A stretch of DNA of 32,149 nucleotides. Origin: a virus (Duplodnaviria > Heunggongvirae > Uroviricota > Caudoviricetes). Shown piece by piece: positions 16,862 through 26,062 of this stretch. Numbering within the stretch: the stretch's first letter is position 1; each line of letters begins with the position of its first letter. The notes under the pieces were generated by a model. The model made no database searches and was not told where the DNA came from. It saw only the letters and a list, made by a program, of their open reading frames with translations. The stretch lies in IMG/VR virus record IMGVR_UViG_3300025000_000058; one strand, 5' to 3'. The position numbers were made by a program, and so were the translations under genes.

Positions 16862-17380
16862 ATGACTATATGTAAAACTATAACACAATTAAAAATGGAA
16901 ATGGGCAAGCGTATAAAAAAGTCATTAATACAAGTAGGAGATATGGTAATTAAAGAAATACAACAATATTTAATGAAACATTTATATGCCAATACGCCAG
17001 AAGATTATGAAAGAACATGGGATTTATTTAATAGTCTTACTGTAAAAGAAATAAAAACATCAGGTGATATTTATACTATTGAAGTATATTTTGATAAAGA
17101 TAAAATTAAATCGAATGAAATATTAAATAACTGGAATCAACATATGAGCTTTGTAACAAAAAATAGAAGTGCAGGAGAAGCAAAATATTGGGAAGGACAA
17201 AGTATAAGTCAAGCATTACCTTGGTGGATAGAATTGGGGGAAGATTCACTTATTTTTCCAAGAGAAGGTATACATATGGTAAAGAATACTACAGAAAAAT
17301 TAAGAAGTACTAAGGAGCATATAGAAGAATTGAAAAAAATACTAAAAACTAAATATAATATTAAATGTAATATTATATAA
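16862..17380 (+). CDS. Putative tail completion protein (HK97 gp10-like)
   Basis: Motif Y.P..YERT.DL.NS and WIELG...FPREG..MVKNT, 172 aa. Confidence 0.55.
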   Translation: MTICKTITQLKMEMGKRIKKSLIQVGDMVIKEIQQYLMKHLYANTPEDYERTWDLFNSLTVKEIKTSGDIYTIEVYFDKDKIKSNEILNNWNQHMSFVTKNRSAGEAKYWEGQSISQALPWWIELGEDSLIFPREGIHMVKNTTEKLRSTKEHIEELKKILKTKYNIKCNII

Positions 17381-17389
17381 ACAATTGAT

Positions 17390-17415
17390 AAAGAGTGATA
17401 TATATCACTCTTTTT
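17390..17415 (+). terminator. Rho-independent terminator upstream of the tape measure gene
   Basis: AAAGAGTGAT-ATAT-ATCACTCTTT followed by more T residues. Confidence 0.7.
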
Positions 17416-17443
17416 ATTATTTTATAGAAAGAAGTGATATATT

Positions 17444-20400
17444 ATGAATGATATGCTATCAATGCAGGTATCAGCAATATTAAATATTACACAAAAAGAT
17501 TTACAAACACAATTGAATACAATTAGACAACAAATAAATGAAACACCTTTAGAAATAAAAATTAATATAGATAAAACAATATTATCTGATCTTAAGGAGT
17601 TTACTAAAGCAGTTAAAGATATTAATATTGTTCATAAAGAACAAAAACAAGTAATAAGAGAAGAAATAGATGTAATTAAAGAGTTAGATGGAGTTACTAA
17701 AACATATACGAAAACAGTATTAGCAAATGGAGTAGTTAAAGAAAGAATTAAAAATGTTGTAGATAAAAATAAACAGGCAATAATTGATGCAACAAAAGCA
17801 GAAGGCAAAGTACTTGATGAATTAACAAGTAAATATGGTAAATTAACAAATGAAGTAATTAGAAAAAATGCCGCTGAAAAAGAAACAAGTCGTTCTATGA
17901 CATATAAAGACCTAAATGGTAGAATGACAACTGTAAATACTGCTGGAGGAAAGTCTACTTCATTTGTAGAAAGATATAATAAAGAAGCACAAGATAGATT
18001 AATAGCAAATTTAGAAGTTTATAAAAGTAGATTAAATAATGCTTTAGATAAAAGTATTAATACTATTACTAAGCAAACAGCAGGTAAAATAGATACTACT
18101 CAATTAACAAAATTAAAAACAGATTTAAATGGTTTGAATGTAGGTCTTCCTAATTTAGATAAATCTATGAAAACTATCAATCAAGATATAAAAAATACCA
18201 TTAATAATATAAAATTAGAAATAGCAGAATTAAATAGATTAGATGTAATACAAGCACAAAAAAATAAATTTATTAATGGATTAACTAGAATGTCTAATAA
18301 CAATACAACATCAATGTATATGAGTCAAGAAGAAATAAATAATGTTAAAAAACTAATAAATTCTTTGAATGACTTAAATAAAACAAGTTTACAAAAAATA
18401 AGAGATGAAATTGCAAAACTGGGTCAAACAGCCAGCAATAGAATGTTTACTACAAGAACTTTACAGTCATTAGAAATAGAAAAAACTAAATTGTCAGATA
18501 GTTTAAATAAATTAACTAATAGTAACATAGGTAAATTGATACCTGAAACAGAAATAAATAAAGTAAAATTATTAATAAGCGAATTTAATACTTTAGATAA
18601 AGTAAAATTACAAAATATAAAAAATCAAATAGGTAATTTAAGGCAAGAAGCAAATAAACTATTTGATATGCAACAAGCTCAAAAAACATTAGATATATAT
18701 AAAAGACAGGCAGAAATAAATGTACAAAGTGCGAATAGAAAGTATTCAGGATTAGTAAATGTTGAAGAATTAAAGAAATATCAACAAGCAGTAAATGCAT
18801 TAAAAGTAAATCCAAATATACAAAATCAAATGGCACAATTAAGTATGAGATACAGAGAAATTACTGAAAGTGCAAAAAACTCTGCTTCAGCAATGAATAC
18901 TGCAAGTAAATCAGCAATGACATTTGGACAATCATTAAAAGTAGCATTTGAAAAGTTTCCTATATGGATAATTGCGTCAACAGCAGTAATGGATTTTATT
19001 CATAAAATACAAGATGCTTTTTCATACATGTTAGAAATGAGTCAGTTATTTACTAACCTACAAATGGAAATGACTGAAAAGAATTTAAACTTTGATGAAA
19101 TTACTGAAAGTACTGTAAGATATGCAAATGCATTAAGTAGTACAAGTAGTGAAGTTATGAAAGCAATTAGTGTATTTGGGACATATACAAGTACAATGGA
19201 ACAAGTATTACAACGTAGCGAAGCAGCAATTGTACTTGCAAATATTTCTGGAAGGTCAATGCTTGAAGTGTCTGATGATTTAATGTCTGCACAAATACAA
19301 TTTAAAAAAGGTGCAGATGAATTGATGGGTGTTGTAGATACTTATGCCAGTGTTGCAAGAAATTTACAAGTTGACTTTCCCAAAGCACTTGGGGAAATAT
19401 CTGCTGGTATGAAATATGTAGGTACTGTTGCAACAGAAGCTAAAATTCCATTAGAAGATTTGTCAGCAATGTTAGGAACATTGATTGAAACTACTCGTAG
19501 ATCAGGTCAACAAGTGTCAAATGGTTTAAAAACTATTGTGTCTAGGATATCTAATGTAGGTGATGAAGTAAATCCAGAAGACTTTAAGAAAATAGAAAAA
19601 ACATTTAATGATGTTGGAGTAAGTATAAAAAAAGATGCAGAAACAATTAGACCAGTAAATGATATACTTAAAGATATGGCAGATAAATGGGAAACAATAT
19701 CAGATGTACAACAGCAACAAATAGCAAAAGATGCGGCTGGTATTTATCAAAGAAATATATTTCTTGCTTTAATGAAAAATTATAATAAAGTATTAGAAAA
19801 TACAGAATCAGCATATAACAGTCAAGGTGTAGCATTATCTAAACAAGAAATATTTGCTAGATCACTTACAGCTTCTATAAATCAATTAACCAATTCATGG
19901 CAACAATTTTATTTAAGTGTTATAAATAATAATGTAACAAAAACACTTATAGATTCTAGTAAACTAATGTTAGATAGTTTTACAAATTTAAGTGATTCAA
20001 TTGGTGGTTTGCCATTAGTATTAACTACTGCATTATTAGGAACTTCAATGTTTTTTAGCGGATTTAGAAATAAAATGAATACTGTTATTGGAGAAATCAA
20101 CAGTGTTAAAGCATTACAAGCAAAAAATATAACACCTAGTTTTACAATGGGCAATGTAGGAGTGTATTCAGCTACATTAACTAAATTAATTACTGGTGTT
20201 AAAACATTTAATAGTAATCTTAATGCTTCAAAAATAGCATTTGCAACAACATATGGAACAATGCCAACAAAATTAGAAAGTATAAAATTAGGATTTAATG
20301 CTTTAACAATGGGAATACGTGGTACAACGGTTGCCACACTTGCATTAAGAACTGCAACAGTAGCTTGGCAAACAGTAGCAACATTAGGTTTAGCTGTAGC

Positions 20401-23400
20401 ATTTACTTATGCTATGTCTGGCATAATAAAATATATAGATAATTTAATTAATAAAACAGAAAAAGCTAAACAAGCATTTGAAGAATTAAATAATGAAACA
20501 CTTAATCTTAGAGATGAAATATCTGACTCTCAAAAATTAATTAAAATATATGATGAATTATCAAAAAAAGCAACATTAACAGCAGAAGAAAAAGATAGAC
20601 TTGCAGATGCAACTGAAAAATTAGCAACATTATATCCAAATGCAATTGAATTATATGATGCAGAAGGAAAAGCAATAGATTTAAATAAAGATAAATTAAA
20701 TGAGTATCTTAAAGTTAAAGAAAAAGAATTAGAATATAAACGTCAAGAATTATCTGCAAGCTATAATAAATCAGCAGATCAAGATGTTACTACTATAAAT
20801 AATAATATTAAATCAATAGAAAATTATAATAATGAATTAAAAGAATTAGAAGAACAAAAAAATAAATGGATTCAACTGGGAAAAGCAAATAAATCTAATA
20901 ATGTTTACCAAGATATATTAAGTGATATAGAAAAAATTACTAAAGAGAGAAATAAATTACAAAATGAAACAAATAATTTAATAGAAAATAATAAAACTGG
21001 TTTAAAAGCAGTATTACAAGGCACTGACGGTTTTAAAAATTTAAATACACAAGAATTAAATAATTTTATAAACTCATTAATGAGCATTAAAGATATTTAT
21101 AAAGAGATAGAAAAAAATGGTGCTCAGACATTTGGAGATAAAATTACGAAATCTGGCTTTATTAATGCTTATAACGATATTAATAAAGAATTTAATAAAC
21201 TAAGTAAAAATACAAATAGAACACAACAAGATATAGATAATTTTAATAATAATGCTGTAAATAAATTAACACAAAACTTACAACAATTTGGCAGTATTAC
21301 AGGCAACATAGCAGAAAATATTATTAAGAATCAATTTACTTTATCAGTAATTGAAGCAAAAGAAAATATTGTAGACTTTAGCAACGCAATAGAGTTAATT
21401 CAAAATACAACAATAGAAACTTCAGATAAAATAGAATTATATAATCAAATACTAGAAAAGTCAAAAGAATCAAATAATGATGCGGCTCAAGAAGTAATGA
21501 AACATGTAGATAAACATAAAGATTTATACGATGTTGTTCAAGTAGAAAACGGAATACTAGTATTAAATACAGCAAAATTAAATGACTTAAAAAATAAAAC
21601 TATTGAAACAGCAATTGCTACAAATAATGCAGAAATCAATAAAGCAAAAATAGTTTCTACACAAACTACAGCCAGATTAGCTCAATACCAATTAGAAATA
21701 GAAAAATTAAATACATTATTAAAAATCCAAGAAGCATATCTAAAAATAAGTAATTCTTTATATACTCAATATTCTACTGGCAAAATAGATAATAATGAAT
21801 TATTTAGTAAATTAGATCAAGCAAAAAAAGATGTTACTGATATTTATGTCGCTAATAGATTAGATAGTTTAAAGAATATGAATGATGCCGAAAAATTATT
21901 TGAAGAATGGAAAACAGAAAGAGGATATTCTAGCGATATTAAAGATTCAAAAGAAATGTCGGCAATGCGAGATAAAATTTATGGATATGTTGAATTAAAA
22001 CAAGCGGTAGAGAAAGCTAATGCAGTTATTAATACTCCTAATCTTGGAGTTAAAGACTCATACTCCACATCAGACGCAAAATCAGCAGAATCCCTAGTAT
22101 GGGAAATAGTAACAAATGAAATAAAAAAATACGATAATGCTCTTAAATCACTAGAAGACACTACTTCTAATATGGTCAAAGGTTCTAAAGCACGTAGAGA
22201 TTCCCTACATGCTGAAAATCTTAAAATAAAGGAGCAAATTGATTATTTAAAAGCACAAAAAGATGGATTGGATACTATATCAATTATATCTAATTATTCA
22301 GCAAGTAATGGTAAATTGCCTAATCCAATACCTGGCACACAATTAAAAGATTCCTTTGGAGCACCTAGAGATGGTGGTGCTCGTAAACATGAAGGAATTG
22401 ACATAATGGCTGATAGAGGTACTGAAATACATTCAACTACATCTGGTAAAGTATTAAGTGCAGGAAATACTGGTGCTAAAGGTGGTTGGGGTGTAACTAT
22501 TTCTGACCCTCAAGGTAACACACATTATTATGCACATATGAATACTGATCCTAGTAAAATATTAGGGATTGGGCAAGAAATATTAGCAGGACAAGTAATT
22601 GGATATGTTGGAGATAGTGGCAATGCTAAAGGTGGAGCAACACATTTACATTATGGGATTAAAGATTCTAATAATAAAGCAATTAATCCTTATGATTTAT
22701 TAACAAATGATATATCTACACAAAAATCTGTAACAGTTAACACTTCACAATCTGCTATAAATAAATATGGTATATCACCTGAGATTGTTAATACTGTATT
22801 ATCTCTTGCACAGAAATATAATGTTGATCCTGCATTAATACTAGCAATTGGAGAACAAGAAACAAATTGGGGCAAATCAGGTGATGGTAAGAAAGGAATG
22901 TACCTTGGCTATGGATCATATGATTCAGGATCAGATTATAGCCAAGCAGGATTAGAAAATCAAGTTGAAAAAGCTGTTAAGAAAATGAAAGCTTGGGGTA
23001 TGAGTCCAGGTAATGTTAGTTTTGATAGATTAAATCAAGGTAATAATGGCAATTTGCCTACTGGTATATATGCTACAAGCAATGAATGGCAAAATGGTGT
23101 ATGGAATCTATATAAAGAGTTTTCAAATGGTCAAATGACAACAGCACTAAGTGGTGGTTTGTCTAAATCAGAATTATCATACGAAAAATTAGTAGAAGAC
23201 CGTATTAAGCACCAAGAAGAAATAAACGCTAAAATACTAGAACTAGAGAAAAAATTTGCTCAAAATTCTAAAGATTGGTATACAGATTTATGGCAAGAAT
23301 CAGATAATATTATTAATGAATTTGAGCAGAAAAGCAATTTCTCTAAAATGTTTTCTGAAAGTATGTCTAAATCATCACCAGAATATAGGGAACAATTAAG

Positions 23401-25204
23401 TATACAAAAAAATAATACAATAGGTGTTCAGACTCAATTAGCAGAACAAGCTAAACAAATGGATCAAGCAATAGAAAATATGAAAAAAGGAATCACAGAA
23501 GGTACTTTTAAAGATGAGCAATTTTTAAAAGAAACAATAGAGAAAAGGAAAGCATTGTCTGCTGAGTGGTGGAATAAACAAAAAGAAATATCTGATAAAC
23601 AAGCAGAGATAACATCCAGCGAAGTTGAAGAAGTAACAAATAAGATAAATGAATATAATAATGTAATAGCAATTTCTCAATCACAACAGGAAATGAATGA
23701 AAAAGGAACAAATGAATATAATAATGCCTTAAAAGAAGAAGTTATTCAATATTCTAATATAGAATCTGCTTTAAAAGCAAAACAAGCAATATATCAAAAA
23801 GAGTTAACAGATACTTTTGTTGGCACTCTAAGATATGAAGAATTACAAAGAGCAATAAATGACACAACAAAAGAAATAATAGACAATGAAAAAGCATTAT
23901 ATGATAAAAAGAAACAAATTATAGATTATGCAATAGAAACAATAAAAAAAGCATATGAAAAACAAAAAGATATAGCAATAGATGCAATTGAAGAACAAAT
24001 TGATGTAGAAAATGAAAGGCATAAACGAGTAAAAGAAAACATAGAAGATGAATCAAACCAATATAAAGAATCAGTAAATCAAAGGATAAAATTACTTGAT
24101 GAATTATCTGATAAAGAAAATTATGAAGCAGATATTAAAAAACTGAATGAAGAAAAGTTAGATATTCAAAAACAAATAGAATCATATGCTAATGACGATT
24201 CTTATGAAGCCAAATCAAGAAAAGAAGAATTGTCAAAACAATTGTCAGATAAAGAATTAGAAATACAAAAAGCACAAAAACAAAGAGAATTAGAATTAAG
24301 AAAAGATTCTTTAAATGATCAGTTGGATAAATATGAAAAAGAAGTTAAAGAGAAAGAAAAGGCTGAAGATAATAAGTATGATGCAGAAAAAGAAAGATTA
24401 GAAAAAATAAAAAATGATACAGAAAAACATTATCAAGATTTGATTGACAACGAACTTAACTATACTAATATTAGTAAAGAATTGATGAAAGGAAATATAG
24501 ATAATACTATTTCAGAACTACAAAGATTATTAATATTTGTTAAAAATAATATTAGTAATTTAGGTTCAGGAGTTGGTAATACTCTTGCTAATGAAATAAA
24601 TAATAGTATTGAACAAATAACAGGCAATTTAGGGAGTAACAATAATACAAATACAGGCAATACAGGAAGTAATACTACTCAACATAGTCAATATTATCCT
24701 TGGAAAACACAAATAAACCATATTATATATGATAAAAAAATGTGGCAACAAGGATATGAAACAGGAAATCAACAAATGATGCTTGATGCTGAAAATGAAG
24801 CAAAAATTTATTATGATCAAATACCAGATTATATTGCAAAATTATTACAAAGTATGAATTATAATAGTGCAAATGCATGGTATAAAACAAACGTATTTCA
24901 TAAAGGAGATGTAGTTGGTGGTACAGGTTCGAAAGAAGCTGAATTAATTGATAAAATATTTAATAAAGGGCAAAATGAACATATAAGTAAATTATTAAAA
25001 GGAGAAGTAGTATTATCACATTCTGCAATACAAAGAGTTGCACCTATATTAAATGCAGTAAATACTCCTTCTGTAAATGGAGGGAATAGTACTGTATATA
25101 ATTTAGAGATGTATATTGCTAATGTTAATGGAAATAAAGAAGGGGCGAACTTATTATTTACTGAAGTGAAAAAAGGAATTAATAAATTAGGAAAAAAATA
25201 TTAA
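17444..25204 (+). CDS. Tail tape measure protein with M23 peptidase and lysozyme/transglycosylase-like domains
   Basis: 2586 aa, largely coiled coil. TP901-type core at about 18900-19900. M23 motifs HEGID (22388) and HLH (22643). AQKYNVDPALILAIGEQETNWG lysozyme-like motif at about 22807-22872. C-terminal FHKG...GEVVLS motif. Confidence 0.93.
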   Translation: MNDMLSMQVSAILNITQKDLQTQLNTIRQQINETPLEIKINIDKTILSDLKEFTKAVKDINIVHKEQKQVIREEIDVIKELDGVTKTYTKTVLANGVVKERIKNVVDKNKQAIIDATKAEGKVLDELTSKYGKLTNEVIRKNAAEKETSRSMTYKDLNGRMTTVNTAGGKSTSFVERYNKEAQDRLIANLEVYKSRLNNALDKSINTITKQTAGKIDTTQLTKLKTDLNGLNVGLPNLDKSMKTINQDIKNTINNIKLEIAELNRLDVIQAQKNKFINGLTRMSNNNTTSMYMSQEEINNVKKLINSLNDLNKTSLQKIRDEIAKLGQTASNRMFTTRTLQSLEIEKTKLSDSLNKLTNSNIGKLIPETEINKVKLLISEFNTLDKVKLQNIKNQIGNLRQEANKLFDMQQAQKTLDIYKRQAEINVQSANRKYSGLVNVEELKKYQQAVNALKVNPNIQNQMAQLSMRYREITESAKNSASAMNTASKSAMTFGQSLKVAFEKFPIWIIASTAVMDFIHKIQDAFSYMLEMSQLFTNLQMEMTEKNLNFDEITESTVRYANALSSTSSEVMKAISVFGTYTSTMEQVLQRSEAAIVLANISGRSMLEVSDDLMSAQIQFKKGADELMGVVDTYASVARNLQVDFPKALGEISAGMKYVGTVATEAKIPLEDLSAMLGTLIETTRRSGQQVSNGLKTIVSRISNVGDEVNPEDFKKIEKTFNDVGVSIKKDAETIRPVNDILKDMADKWETISDVQQQQIAKDAAGIYQRNIFLALMKNYNKVLENTESAYNSQGVALSKQEIFARSLTASINQLTNSWQQFYLSVINNNVTKTLIDSSKLMLDSFTNLSDSIGGLPLVLTTALLGTSMFFSGFRNKMNTVIGEINSVKALQAKNITPSFTMGNVGVYSATLTKLITGVKTFNSNLNASKIAFATTYGTMPTKLESIKLGFNALTMGIRGTTVATLALRTATVAWQTVATLGLAVAFTYAMSGIIKYIDNLINKTEKAKQAFEELNNETLNLRDEISDSQKLIKIYDELSKKATLTAEEKDRLADATEKLATLYPNAIELYDAEGKAIDLNKDKLNEYLKVKEKELEYKRQELSASYNKSADQDVTTINNNIKSIENYNNELKELEEQKNKWIQLGKANKSNNVYQDILSDIEKITKERNKLQNETNNLIENNKTGLKAVLQGTDGFKNLNTQELNNFINSLMSIKDIYKEIEKNGAQTFGDKITKSGFINAYNDINKEFNKLSKNTNRTQQDIDNFNNNAVNKLTQNLQQFGSITGNIAENIIKNQFTLSVIEAKENIVDFSNAIELIQNTTIETSDKIELYNQILEKSKESNNDAAQEVMKHVDKHKDLYDVVQVENGILVLNTAKLNDLKNKTIETAIATNNAEINKAKIVSTQTTARLAQYQLEIEKLNTLLKIQEAYLKISNSLYTQYSTGKIDNNELFSKLDQAKKDVTDIYVANRLDSLKNMNDAEKLFEEWKTERGYSSDIKDSKEMSAMRDKIYGYVELKQAVEKANAVINTPNLGVKDSYSTSDAKSAESLVWEIVTNEIKKYDNALKSLEDTTSNMVKGSKARRDSLHAENLKIKEQIDYLKAQKDGLDTISIISNYSASNGKLPNPIPGTQLKDSFGAPRDGGARKHEGIDIMADRGTEIHSTTSGKVLSAGNTGAKGGWGVTISDPQGNTHYYAHMNTDPSKILGIGQEILAGQVIGYVGDSGNAKGGATHLHYGIKDSNNKAINPYDLLTNDISTQKSVTVNTSQSAINKYGISPEIVNTVLSLAQKYNVDPALILAIGEQETNWGKSGDGKKGMYLGYGSYDSGSDYSQAGLENQVEKAVKKMKAWGMSPGNVSFDRLNQGNNGNLPTGIYATSNEWQNGVWNLYKEFSNGQMTTALSGGLSKSELSYEKLVEDRIKHQEEINAKILELEKKFAQNSKDWYTDLWQESDNIINEFEQKSNFSKMFSESMSKSSPEYREQLSIQKNNTIGVQTQLAEQAKQMDQAIENMKKGITEGTFKDEQFLKETIEKRKALSAEWWNKQKEISDKQAEITSSEVEEVTNKINEYNNVIAISQSQQEMNEKGTNEYNNALKEEVIQYSNIESALKAKQAIYQKELTDTFVGTLRYEELQRAINDTTKEIIDNEKALYDKKKQIIDYAIETIKKAYEKQKDIAIDAIEEQIDVENERHKRVKENIEDESNQYKESVNQRIKLLDELSDKENYEADIKKLNEEKLDIQKQIESYANDDSYEAKSRKEELSKQLSDKELEIQKAQKQRELELRKDSLNDQLDKYEKEVKEKEKAEDNKYDAEKERLEKIKNDTEKHYQDLIDNELNYTNISKELMKGNIDNTISELQRLLIFVKNNISNLGSGVGNTLANEINNSIEQITGNLGSNNNTNTGNTGSNTTQHSQYYPWKTQINHIIYDKKMWQQGYETGNQQMMLDAENEAKIYYDQIPDYIAKLLQSMNYNSANAWYKTNVFHKGDVVGGTGSKEAELIDKIFNKGQNEHISKLLKGEVVLSHSAIQRVAPILNAVNTPSVNGGNSTVYNLEMYIANVNGNKEGANLLFTEVKKGINKLGKKY

Positions 25205-25206
25205 AA

Positions 25207-25247
25207 ATAAAATAGAGTAGATAAATATCTACTCTATTTTATTTATT
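25207..25247 (+). terminator. Terminator-like hairpin after the tape measure gene
   Basis: 17-bp inverted repeat ATAAAATAGAGTAGATA / TATCTACTCTATTTTAT, T-rich downstream, possibly bidirectional. Confidence 0.7.
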
Positions 25248-25263
25248 AAATGGAGGTGATATA

Positions 25264-26037
25264 TTGACAATTCGTGCATCAGAATATTTTATATTTAATA
25301 ATGAGTATTCAACTAATTATGGAATAAAAAATTGTAATATACAAACTGGAATACAAGAAGAATTATTTATGCATTCAAGAGAGATTCTAACTACACAAAT
25401 CAAAGGAAAAGAATCGCCTTATTTACAATATATTAAACCCTCGCCTTTAAAGCTTAATATTACATTGGTGTTTGAGGAAGATTTTAATTTTGAAAAGTTA
25501 AATAATCTTGCTTACTTATTAAACCAACCATATTATGTTCCAATGATATTTTCTGAAGATTTGCATAAAATATATTATGTATTATTATCAGATGATAGTA
25601 ATTTAAATCATAATTGTATAAATCAAGGATACGTTACTTTAACATTTATATGTAATTCTCCTTATATATATTCATCTATTTATAAAAGCCCTTTATACGA
25701 TTTAACAAGTAATCCTACATATACAGATATTGAATTCGTTAATTTTGGATATGTAGACTGTATGCCTGAATTATACTTAAGTAAAATAGGAAATGGAGAT
25801 TTTTCAATAATTAATTTATCAGATGGAGGAAAAGAATTTAAATTTATAAATTTAATTGATGAAGAAGAAATTAGTGTTAATAATGAATTAAAACTTATTA
25901 CAACATCATTGTCAGCAACAAATCGTTATGATAATTTTAATTTTAAATTTTTAAGTATGAATCGTGGTAAAAACATATTAAGAATTACAGGAACAGCACA
26001 ATTTTATTTTAAATATCAATTTAAATTTTTATCTTAA
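25264..26037 (+). CDS. Distal tail protein (Dit)
   Basis: TTG start behind GGAGGTGA, 257 aa, directly after the tape measure gene. Dit-type motifs (F.FN..YS..YG, TFICNSPY.YS, GKN.LRITG). Confidence 0.82.
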   Translation: MTIRASEYFIFNNEYSTNYGIKNCNIQTGIQEELFMHSREILTTQIKGKESPYLQYIKPSPLKLNITLVFEEDFNFEKLNNLAYLLNQPYYVPMIFSEDLHKIYYVLLSDDSNLNHNCINQGYVTLTFICNSPYIYSSIYKSPLYDLTSNPTYTDIEFVNFGYVDCMPELYLSKIGNGDFSIINLSDGGKEFKFINLIDEEEISVNNELKLITTSLSATNRYDNFNFKFLSMNRGKNILRITGTAQFYFKYQFKFLS

Positions 26038-26062
26038 CTTAAAATTAGGAGGTGAATCAATA

